From: Bugula neritina
Taxonomy: Eukaryota > Animalia > Bryozoa
Direction of reading: 5' to 3'
Length of the DNA stretch: 64,000 bases
Assembly: GCA_964035545.1 (NCBI GenBank)
Contig: OZ037771.1
Coordinates: 3,917,628 to 3,981,627 of the forward strand
This document shows, piece after piece, positions 36,533 to 48,800 of the stretch (position 1 is the first letter of the stretch; every line of letters starts with the position of its first letter). The notes beneath the pieces are model-generated. The model did not search any database and was not told the DNA's origin. It saw nothing but the letters and a program-made list of their open reading frames with translations. The translations under genes and the position numbers were made by a program.

Positions 36533-38999
36533 AATTGTGATGAAGTTACTTGTGGCTATGCAGCATTCAATGAAACAGGCCCATTCCTCTGGTCAACCTA
36601 AATATAAAGCAGGGGATCAATTTTTTGTATATTGCAAAACAAGTAGCCCTAAAAACAGCTAGAATTAAATTTTAAAATGTATATACATATCAGGGTTGGA
36701 ATAATTGCAGCCATATGTAATTGTCTCCAACCTTGAATTACGTATTATATAGATAAATAGCTATATAATTTTCTGGCTAACTGTAGGTTTAAAACAATTC
36801 AGAATCTAAATAGCAAGCTGTGCATTTTTCTGTCCATCTTGACTGAACATTTGAAAGTAAGAGTTACAAAATAAAAAAGAAAATTACATGTTCATGGCTA
36901 TTTTGGCGACTTCTTGTTGAAAAGCACAATTCAATTATATTTCTAAATATAAATTTCGAAGTAGCTAATCCTTAGACCTACAATTTAATGAACAGCGCAT
37001 ATACATAACAATTTCACTTTATTTATTTATTTATACTATTATTTGAAACAAACTCATTTTAGTCTTGCTATTGGCATGTAAGACAATTACTATAAAACTG
37101 TAGCTTTGTTGGCTTTAAAATTATTTATTCTATATAGGAAAACTACATAAATTATGGTATTTGAATAGCATAATAGTTAATTATATGCAGATCTACAATA
37201 ATTTACAAATATGTGTGACTAACAGAGAAGTGAGTGACAAACTTTACAGCTGCAAGATCAGCAGTAAACTAAGATCACTTAATGACTTATACATATTAAA
37301 AGAATATAGTAATATACTTATAACATAAATGTTTCAACAAAAATGATTTCATATCAATGTTGTAAGTTTAAATTTAGATTGAATTTATCACAAATTAAAA
37401 TACTCATATTGATATTGATATTGTCATTCAGATTATTTAACGTCATATTGTCATATTGCCTATGCCTATGGGTTATGACTTGTTTTTTGATGCTCATGCT
37501 GATAGTAAATGATTACTAAATAATTATGATAGTTATACTTATAGTTATAGCTATAGTTAATGTTGTACTCACACTATTAGTATTACTATTAGTAGTATTA
37601 GTATTATAAGTATAACTTATGCTGTTTACAATTACTTATCATCAATAATACTAAAAGTAAATATAATACTAATAATAATAGTAATAGTAAATGTAATACT
37701 AATAGTAATACTAATAGCAATTGTAAAACTAAAAGCAAAAGCAAAGATTATTATTATGCTTAAACTTAAACTAAAAGTTAAACTTAATCATAATGTTAAT
37801 CATAATGATAATGCTTAAACTTAAAGTTAAAGTTAATGCTATAACTTTAACTATGAGTATGACTATCACTATAAGTATGTCAGCATATTATGCTTAATAT
37901 TTCTTGCAAAAATTAAGCTACTTTGCCAGATATTAAAAGTCATAAAAAATACTGTTAAGACAAAAAATACGTTAAGAAAAAGTAATTATTTTAATTTTAT
38001 GCAAGCAACATCAAATTCAATATGAATACTTGAAAGTTGCAAGTTAGAAAATCGTCTGGAGCAGCACCGAGTTGGTGGTCACTAAGTGCATTAATTTGGG
38101 GTCCGAGTGTAAAGTTGGGGTTTAGACAATGGTGTGTACATAAATACTGTAATAAGTTACCCCCAAGTTGGTGCTGTTTCTAGCAGTACTCTACAAGTAG
38201 ACAAAAAGGTAGTTTTATATCTAGCCTTAAATTCCAAAAAAGCTGGTTTAGTTTATTACTGAGGTCGTTTCGAGAAAAATGAGGTTCTGTGCTAAATTAC
38301 TTTTCGCGTCAGCAACTCAAGTTGAAATTTATTAACGTTCAATACCCATAATATAATTTGCTAATTTCAAATTATTAGGCTAATGGTTAATAGCCTACCC
38401 AAATTGTTTTTGACAACAACTTTTAAACGATATTTTTGCTCCTACAGCAGTATTTTCCATTTCCTGGGGCAACAGGCGCGAGCAACTTTTACTTTATGAT
38501 ACTTATGCTAATACTTGGTGACTAAATTTGACATAACAGCGTAAAATTGTTTAAATTTAGCATCATTGGTTTGTCTGGTAATCATTTAACTACCCAAATT
38601 TAAGTTCAGTTGATGTTAATCTCAATAGGACAGTTAGCTGTTAATCGTGTTGTGGTGAGCTATCACAGCTACTAACTCTAAGCTATGACTGATGCGCCCT
38701 TCGACTTCTAGTTCTAATAGTAATAGTAATAGTAATTATTGTTTTTCTCAGTCTGAGTCTTTCTGGCTTTGTCTCATAACCATATCAGTGATTAATTTTT
38801 ATCCCTATTAGTATTACTGTGGCTATGCCTACTGGTATTAGTATAACTATATAACGTTAGATAATTTGTAAATGGCCCACACTACTCTCTCAAGTTAGTA
38901 GTTTCAGTTTGACTGTGAGTGCGACGTTACAGTTAGTGTTACTCTATCCCATCGTGAATTTTTATCACTGTGACTCACTGACTGTTATTGTTACACGGT

Positions 39000-39144
39000 G
39001 CAAACGCATAAGACTTAGAGTAGGTGTGACTATTCATACGACAAAAATATTGATACCTATTCTCAGTACCACGCTATAGCTGCAGTCGTAGTTTTGAACG
39101 TATTTTTAATCATCAATGACTTTTCATTATCAACAAAACTTAAA
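39000..39144. promoter_or_regulatory. Probable head-to-head promoter NAXD / PPP2R3C
   Basis: The first coding exon of NAXD has an upstream acceptor (~36598), so a 5'UTR exon is needed. A candidate minus-strand donor AG|GTATCA at 39056 lies within 100 bp of the PPP2R3C ATG (39145). Confidence 0.45.
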
Positions 39145-42100
39145 ATGAGTCAACCCCAAATAAAGATTCCCACATTACTTGAGTTATTTCGTCAAAAAAA
39201 GTCAAGCCAGCATGAACTACCAGAAAGCAAACTTCCTCTCCGCCAATCAGAAGGTATAACTTATATTTTATGTTGAATAAACATTTAAATTTTAAATAAT
39301 TGATGTGTTTCTGCTTAATCTTATAATCTAGTCAATTTTAAGCTTCAAAGACATTTTTTGCAAAATTTTAATAATTTAGTTGGTCTCAAAAATATATTTC
39401 GATATAAGTTCCTATCAAAAGTATAATTGACGTGAGCAAAGTTTAAGTTTCTAGTTTTTTCTTATATAGGAATGTGAGGTGCAGTTGTTGTGATCAGCAG
39501 GAACAAACTTTTATACACTATTTAATAGAACTCAGAATTTTCCAGAAAAGATTATGATATAACTCTGTGGTATAAATATCACACTTACTATTTACAGAGG
39601 CCAGAAAAGAGTCTGAAGAAGCAGAATTTCTGAAAATTTATAGTGATTTGAAAAAGTCTATACCTGGAAATAAAGACTCCGCAGATTCACCAAGCTATCA
39701 CGCCATACCAAAATTCTTTTTTAAGGTAGTTATTCAAACTTATATTGCTAAATATACGAGCCTAATTAGCTACTTATGTTGGTAAATATTACACATATCT
39801 ATAGTTTTTATTTAGTAGAATTGTCATAATTTTTTGAGTTTTGTAGCTAATCATATTAGCAAACTGTTGTGCCCAAACTGTGTGCGAAGGTCCACCTGTT
39901 TTTATCAACCATACTGATTATTAACTTTCCTTATCAATTATAAGTTTGATTTTTGCACCTTATTTGAAAATTTTTTTTTTGTATATTCAAAGATACCATC
40001 AGAAGATGAGTTATTACAGCAGAAGTTGAGAGAAGAGGCCAGAGCTGTATTCCTACAGAGAAGGAGCAGGCAACTCCTTGATAATGATGAGCTACAGGTT
40101 TTTTCGGAGATTTTATAAATTTTAGAAACAGCTTTTTTGACTATGATGATAATGTCACCTTTGATACTGTAGAACAACATGTATGCTTTATCGTTTCAGT
40201 TGTACAAGTTTCAACTGTATCCATTAACCTATCGATAATAATATCAGCAGTTTGATTGGCTGAACAGCACTTATGTGTAATTCATTGTTGCAGTCTTTGT
40301 GGTATTTACTTGACAAGAAGAATACTCCACCAGCTGTTGGTGAAGACAAAATGATAAACTACAAATCTTTCAAGGAGGCCGCACTCGAAGCTGGGCCCAA
40401 ATTCCGGTAATAATTCTTTTGCTTTTATAGTCTTATATTTGGCCTGTATTGCATTTAATTAACTTTCCTATTAATTTTTCTATTAATTTTGTGTATTGAA
40501 ACAACTTTTTTTCTGCGAGTTATAAAAATTTATTGCATTCAGCTGTTTTATTTATAATTAATGTTCGAAAACTCTGACAATTATGTGCAACTATTTTCAG
40601 GCCATTCTTTTCAGCAACATCGTTTGCCAAACTTCTACATTCCGACCCCTATGGTAGAATTGGTATCATGCAGTTCTTTAACTACGTCATGCGGAAGACA
40701 TGGCTGCATCAGACCAGGATTGGCTTGGCTCTGTATGATGTAGCTGGTCAAGGTTATCTCCGTGAATCTGTAAGCTATTACTTATGATTTTTTCCAATAT
40801 CTAAAATCCTTGCTGATTGTTGATTTAGGTAGATGACAGGTTGTTATTTATATACTATTGCCAGTTGTGCATTTGATCAACTTTCCATTGCTACCTTTTA
40901 AGCATAAATACACTTACTCTGCATTTAGGCCAATTCTCTTTTTACTAAAAGTAAGCAATTTTCAGTGTTTAGTTTATATGTTTTGTACTAATATTTGAGC
41001 AAATAGGTTATTGAATTCTATATGTTGGAGGGTTATGTGCCGATGACCACAGTGACTACTATTTTCTATAGAAAGTTAAAATCTTTTACGTAATTCCTGA
41101 CTCTTGGTTTCAGGATTTAGAGAACTACATTCTCGAGTTGATACCAACACTACCACAGCTAGACGGCTTAGAGAAGTCATTTTATTCTTTTTATGTGTGC
41201 ACAGCCGTGAGGAAATTCTTCTTCTTTCTTGACCCATTGAGGACAGGACGAGTTAAAATACAAGATATACTAGCATGCAGTTTCCTGGATGATTTGTTGG
41301 AGGTAAACGCTGATCGTATCATACTCTGTATATATGTTCCGCACGTGTGTTAATGTTTGCTGTCTGGCTGCGAATTAAAGCATGCTCTTACTTATTTCTT
41401 GTCGATTACATTAGCCATATATCAGGTCATGGGACGACAACTCTGCGAGTGTCTGCTGTATTTATGTTTGCTGCCTGGCAGCGAATAATAACGGATATTT
41501 GTTGCTGGTAGTTGAGGGATGAGGAGTTGCCCCGTGAGCAACAGGAACTAAACTGGTTCTCTGCGCCGTCTGCACTCAGAGTGTATGGGCAATATCTGAA
41601 CCTAGACAAAGACCATAATGGTAGGTATATGGACAATATCTCAACCTAGACAAAGACCATAATGGTAGGTATATGGATAATATCTGAACCTAGACAAAGA
41701 CCATAATGGTAGGTATATGGACAATATCTGAATCTAGACAAAGACCATAATGGTAGGTATATGGGCAATATCTGAACCTAGACAAAGACCATAATGGTAG
41801 GTATATGGACAATATCTCAACCTAGACAAAGACCATAATGGTAGGTATATGGACAATATCTCAACCTAGACAAAGACCATAATGGTAGGTATATGGACAA
41901 TATCTGAACCTAGACAAAGACCATAATGGTAGGTATATGGATAATATCTAAACCTAGACAAAGACCATAATGGTAGGTATATGGATAATATCTGAACCTA
42001 GACAAAGATCATAATGGTAGGTATATGGATAATATCTGAACCTAGACAAAAACCATAATGGTAGGTATATGGATAATATCTGAACCTAGACAAAGATCAT

Positions 42101-45100
42101 AATGGTAGGTATATGGACAATATCTGAACCTAGACAAAGACCATAATGGTAGGTATATGGATAATATCTGAACCTAGACAAAGATCATAATGGTAGGTAT
42201 ATGGGCAATATCTGAACCTAGACGAAGACCATAATGGTAGGTATATGGATAATATCTAAACCTAGACAAGACCATAATGGTAGGTATATGGATAATATCT
42301 GAACCTAGACAAAAACCATAATGGTAGGTATATGGATAATATCTGAACCTAGACAAAGATCATAATGGTAAGTATATGGACAATATCTGAACCTAGACAA
42401 AGATCATAATGGTAGGTATATGGATAATATCTGAACCTAGACAAAGACCATAATGGTAGGTATATGGACAATATCTGAACCTAGACAAAGACCATAATGG
42501 TAGGTATATGGATAATATCTGAACCTAGACAAAGACCATAATGGTAGGTATATGGATAATATCTGAACCTAGACAAAGACCATAATGGTAGGTATATGGA
42601 TAATATCTGAACCTAGACAAAGACCATAATGGTAGGTATATGGGCAATATCTGAACCTAGACAAAGACCATAATGGTAGGTATATGGACAATATCTCAAC
42701 CTAGACAAAGACCATAATGGTAGGTATATGGACTATATCTGAACCTAGACAAAGACCATAATGGTAGGTATATGGGGGCAATATCTAAACCTAGACAAAG
42801 ACCATAATGGTAGGTATATGGATAATATCTAAACCTAGACAAAGACCATAATGGTAGGTATATGGATAATATCTGAACCTAGACAAAGACCATAATGGTA
42901 GGTATATGGATAATATCTAAACCTAGACAAAGACCATAATGGTAGGTATATGGACAATATCTGAACCTAGACAAAGACCATAATGGTAGGTATATGGGCA
43001 ATATCTGAACCTAGACAAAGACCATAATGGTAGGTATATGGATAATATCTAAACCTAGACAAAGACCATAATGGTAGGTATATGGATAATATCTGAACCT
43101 AGACAAAGATCATAATGGTAGGTATATGGACAATATCTCAACCTAGACAAAGACCATTATAGGGAAACTGTAGCATATTGCAATACATTTGTAAGTTTTA
43201 CATAGTTTGTGGGATACAATAGGTTCTACCCTTTGAACAAACTGTATGTGTCCTTGAGAGCTCCTTGTTCAGATTTACTAATTTCCATTCCTTATACTTT
43301 AAACTCTGATACTAGGCATGTTGAGTAAAGAAGAACTTGGAAAGTATGGTACAGGCACTTTAACTATGGTCTTCATAGAGCGGGTTTTCCAAGAGTGTCT
43401 AACTTACGACGGGGAGATGGTGAGTCTACCAACTTTGCATATCTTCAGAAACATAGGCTATGTGAATCAAAAAGTCAATAAAGTTCAAAAATCAATGTCT
43501 TTATAGTGCTTGTGAGGAAGCTGGTATTTTGGTCACAAATACACTAAAATAGATTTAAAGAGGCAAAAATACTAGTATAGTTTACTTGAACAAGCAAAAA
43601 ATTTCCAACAGCAGTTTTAACGATATAACTCTTATTTATATCACATAAACTGACAAACACAACTAATTGTGTGCGAGTACTGTTCACTAGTGTTGAATCT
43701 GAGGCTATACTTTAACTTGTAGGACTATAAAACATATCTAGACTTTGTGCTGGCATTAGAGAACAGGAGAGCCCCTCAATCTCTACAGTACTTCTTAAGG
43801 TTACTTGATATCAACCACAAAGGACATCTCAATGCTTTCGACCTCAACTACTTCTTCAGGGTACTCAGTCTAGTCATTATGATTTCATCAACTCAGTTCT
43901 ACTTGTAAGATACACAACTGTATAATGTATAGTGTTGGCCGGATATAAAATTCTTGTGTAGTTTTATTGCGTGCACCAGTAATTATTTTACTATTTATCT
44001 AGAAAAGTCACATGGCACGTGCATATTCTTCTTGTTTTTGTGCTTTGTGATGTTTTATAGAAATTATATAAAAGTAATGCTGTTTATTGCTCTAAGCAAA
44101 TTTATCATATTTGATAAAAAAAACACATAAATTCATCAAATTCCTTTTAATGGCACAATTTTTCATGTGCAGTGAGTGTCATTAGCCTAGTTTCCACTAT
44201 GATTCCACATATCTAAGTAGACTTAAACTCTAGATACTCAATATAACTTTATTATTGATCAACTTTGTAATTAATATTGTTTCTGTAACAAAATAAAGCA
44301 TTTAGTATTGTAGTCTAAGAGTCTGTATTCTCTTTATGACAGGCTATTCAGGATCAGATGAGGCAACATGGCCAGGAGCCCGTCTCTTTCCAAGATGTCA
44401 AGGACGAAATCTTTGATATGGTGAAACCAGCTGACCCTCTCAAGCTCACTTACCAGGATCTTGTGAATTCGTAAGTATTTCTTAGCTCACGGTTTAGACA
44501 TCAGTTCAGGGGTCTTGCTGAATGTATGCAAAGTAGTATTTTCAGTTTCAACACTTTATAATATAAGGTTCAGTAGTATCATATTAGAAGTGTTCTTCAG
44601 TTTGTAGTTCAGACATCAGTTCAGGGTTTTTTGGAATGTTCCAGTGCAGTCTTACAAGACTATGTTCATGATGAAGTATAAATTGAAGAAATTGTGCTCT
44701 TGTGAAAATTATACATGGGTTTCTTTTAAAGACTTCTGGTTGTTGATTTACATCCAATTTGTGAATAATTGACAATTAATGTAATTTTTGTACAGTTTGA
44801 AAATGTGTTATAGTTGTTAAAATAGCCTCAGAGTTAACCCTTTGGTGTTCGGAAATCAAATTGCTGCTCCGAACTGTTGAGTAAAAAGTATAAAAATGTT
44901 ATCTACAGTTTGCTTTCTCATTGTTGTAAATTTATAACGTCAGATTTTAGAATTTCAGTTTGTTGGAGACATTGTGCTGAGAGTTTTGTCAACTTTTTGT
45001 AAGCTATTTTCAACAGACAAAATGTTTTAGACATAGACATGGTTATGGTGCAATGACTACTTGATATCTGTCTTTACTCCTTAGGTGCCAAGGTGATACA

Positions 45101-45208
45101 GTTGTAAATATACTGATAGATCTCAATGGGTTCTGGAGCTACGAGAATCGCGAGGTTTTAGTAGCAGATCAGAGTGACAGTGGAGACAGTGAGACTCTGA
45201 CCATTTAA
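39145..45208 (+). CDS. PPP2R3C: Serine/threonine-protein phosphatase 2A regulatory subunit B'' gamma
   Basis: Exons 39145-39253, 39598-39725, 39993-40097, 40294-40406, 40601-40769, 41114-41302, 41512-41620, 43316-43419, 43723-43860, 44343-44470, 45085-45208. Motifs LREEARAVFLQRRSRQLLDN, MQFFNYVMRK, FYVCTAVRKFFFFLDP, YGQYLNLDKDHNGMLSKEEL and LIDLNGFWSYENRE. Confidence 0.97.
41584..43160 (+). repeat. 44-bp minisatellite (35 full copies plus 1 partial) made of the PPP2R3C exon-7 3' end and its splice donor
   Basis: Unit TATGGRYAATATCTGAACCTAGACAAAGACCATAATG|GTAGGTA. Donors at 41621, 41665 and onward at 44-bp spacing. Confidence 0.97.
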
Positions 45209-45809
45209 CCTCCACTGTTTAGTAAATTATTTATGAAAATGTAAGTAACTGCAACAGTCTTATTTTGTGAAGACAAAAATGTGTGAATATGCTTGATTTT
45301 AGTTGTTTTGAAGTTTTTGCTACTAGAAGAGTTCAACTGCCTGTTTTTCGTTTTTTTTGTAAATTTTTAAGCTGTGATGTAATAAACTTCAAACTGATTT
45401 AAATTTGACATTGATCTGTTAATGAGCATCCACCTGTCTATGAATTGGTGTTTTGGATCCGAAAATATTAATGAGGGAAATTCAGGCAGCAGGAAAACTA
45501 ACATGGTTGATATACCATAAATAATAATATATATATGAATTTATTTCAAAATTAAAATAAACCCATACTTATCAGAAAAGTGATGTATAAGCATTTTATG
45601 TCATAGTTTACATGAGCATTATAAAATAAATAAAAATATATTTTTCAAGCACGATTTACGCACTAAAAATATTACAATTTCCTTAGTTATATTATTACTT
45701 TTGTGCAAACTTTAGCCCCAAATTAATAAAACTTAATAAGTGAACCTGATTCTGATAGTTTCGATTGCAAAGTTATCACTAACCAGTTATATTTTCTCTC
45801 AGTTATGCA

Positions 45810-48800
45810 TCAATCACTGCTGGTGGTTTTACTCAAAAGACATGGAGGTTTAGTGTCGACATCATCAACTTCAATATCTATCACACGCTGCGAAATAGGA
45901 GTCGTCTGCACTGACTGGGTATCATCAACATTGTGATAAGGGTCAACCTTTGTGTCCCATACTTTATCCCGGTGTTTCCTCATCATGTGACTTTGTACAA
46001 GGTACTTCCTGCCAAACCGGTGATCACAAAACAGACACGAGAAAGGTCTGCTCTTCTCATGCACCGCTCGGATATGCTGTTGCATATGTTGATTCGAGTA
46101 CGAGATGTGCTCACAGAGAGAGCACTTTTGAGGCTTGCGGTCCAAATGTTGAACATTGAAATGATGAGTCAGCTCTGATTTATTCATCGTGGTGAATGAG
46201 CAGCGAGAACATTTTTTAACGGTTGTTCCGTGATCTAGAGAATGATGGCGGCGGAGAGCGGTGACAGAGCCGGTTTCCTTGCCACAAAAAATACAGCACA
46301 CTGATTTGTGCACATTAATCGCGTGATTTTCCAAGTCAGCAGAATCATCTCCTCTGTAATCACAGCGATCACAGTTGTATATTTTATGCTCTAATCTGTA
46401 ATGGTATGTCAAACTGTCAGGTGATGTGCCAGTGAAGGTACACAATTCACATTTATGCTGCTGGGATTGTTGACTGTTTGAGGTAACAATGGCTGTAGAG
46501 CTGTTATCAAAAGTTCTAGAGCTCATTGGTGGAGTCATGGTGGAGGATGGTTCATTCCTATTGGTTGAATGCTGTTTTCTTCTGTGATGCTTATGCTAAA
46601 AGAAATGCAAGATAAATAAATTTCTGAAATCACCATGAGTAAAGTTAAAGAATATCGTTAAGACATATTCAAATAAGCGATACAATTTTGACAAAAAAAC
46701 ATTCTAGACAACTATGATGCATATTTATGAAATTCATGTTATAATACTATGACAACATAAGGGAATGAAACAATCCATCAGTGAGAAGCAATGAGGTGTT
46801 TAAATTAGGAGCATTTTTTCGTAATGAAAGTTAGTATGAAAGTTATTTTACACTTGCAGTTTCGTGTCCTTGAGCGTTTTAGGATGATTATTGGAATGTT
46901 ATGTGGTTCATCTCTATAAAAGGGGGCATGAAATATAATGTGGTTTATAGTATTTAGCAGATAAGTTTCAAGCTAACCTGAGGTGATTGGCTAACTGCCC
47001 TACAAGCATTCAGATTTCCTACCAGTTTGTATGGCTTGGATATTGGCGTGGTAAAAGTAAAGACTGCACGCGGGCACTTCAATAGACTGTCGAGTCAGTA
47101 GAACCTTATATTGCAATTAGAATAAAGTAGGGCCCAAAACAGCAAAATTGAACCAAAAATTACATTTCCGCCATCATTTTTCTTCTCATATTAATTAAAA
47201 TTTAATAAGTTCTTACTCAAAGATTTTCACAATTGTTTGGGAAAATGAAGTTTTTTATGAGTTACAAAAATAAAAGGTTTAGATGTTAGGCTGTGTTAAG
47301 TTTTTACATGATTAAATCTAGTTAAATGTACTCCATAAAAATCAATGGTATTCTATGAAACTTTGGCTCTCCGTTGAATGAGTATTTTGTACATGTACCA
47401 ATAGCATAAAGAATTACATTAGCTTCATTATAACTCGCTCTCCACACCTGTGCATTATTGAATATAGCTCTTGTAACACTAAATATAAACTGTTTGAAGT
47501 TGCCTGTTCAAAAGCAACATAACATGCTACACACACCAACACTAGATCAACCATCAAGTCATGTTTAACCAACCCACTGAGTGATCACCATTACAAGTCT
47601 AAGACTTTTGTATTTTGGGAAAAACTATTTAAAAGCATTTCTAATAAACAATTTCATAACCTGAATTAACAACAGGTTATTGAGATGTATTCATTTTATT
47701 AATATGTAGTTTGGCAGTATAGCAATTCATATAAATTTTCTATAATTTGAATATTACAAAATATTATATAAAATTAAATAACTATGTCATAATAACCATC
47801 TTTGTAATAAGCAAATATCATAGAGTTTTTGACAATTCAGTATTTAGAGGTGGATCAGAAGGTGCTACTTGAGATTCATCTATAAAAGAATTATCTACTC
47901 TTTCCAATGTCCTATCAACATTCTCAGCATCTAGAAGTAAAATACAGTGATGTAAGTAACAGTGCTGTAAGTAGAAAGAGTAATTCATTCAATTCACATA
48001 TATATATGATAAAAATGGTGAGGAAAAAAATTAATATAATCTTTAAGGGTAAACTTTCACAACACAATCAAAACTTTTTCAACTTTTACAAACTATGCAA
48101 ACTATCATCTTCAGAAACATCAAGGCTTATAATTAACTGTTTTCAAACTTATTTTCTCTGTAAGTTTACCACAAACCGACTCCTAAAGCAAACAAAAGGC
48201 TGTCACCCTCCCCCTCACTGTAAGCATTCACTTATAGTAATACACAATGCAAATCCCAGTTCAAAAAACATGATTACTAAACTATTAGCCCGCTAAAAGT
48301 TGGATTTGTCCTCACAACAAGCCAATCTTAGGAACACTCTGAGAAAAAAACCCTGTGAATTGAACATGACATGAATGCACATCACTATTTAATTGACAAG
48401 AAGAAGAAAAAAGAATATTCAAACAACTTACCATCTTGCATTAACTTCCCAGCTTTATTTTGTGACAATAACAAACGGGATCTGTTGTAATCTTCTGTTT
48501 TCAGTTTTATTGCATGAGCGTTGAACTGGCACGCTTTTTCTAATTTATCTCGCGACAATCTCCACCTCTGCAGTAATGACCTGTCTATGCGGAAGGCTTT
48601 AGCTACTGTTGTCATGCCCATTTCGTTTGATTTATCCAATAGAAAGAGTTTTTCTGAGACGGTATAAGAACGGCGAGCGTGGGACACATTCTTAGACCTC
48701 TCTAGGTCTCCAATGGCTTCCTAAAATATGGAACGGGACGATATACACCTATAAATTACTGCAGATGTGGCAAACTGATTACTAGTAGCAACAGGCTGTT

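Noticed and set aside
38050-38185. MITE with inverted ends
   Set aside because: The arm match is too short and degenerate to support by eye.
41584-43160. CRISPR-like array
   Set aside because: The 44-bp units are contiguous with no unique spacers, derive from a eukaryotic exon and have no cas genes nearby.
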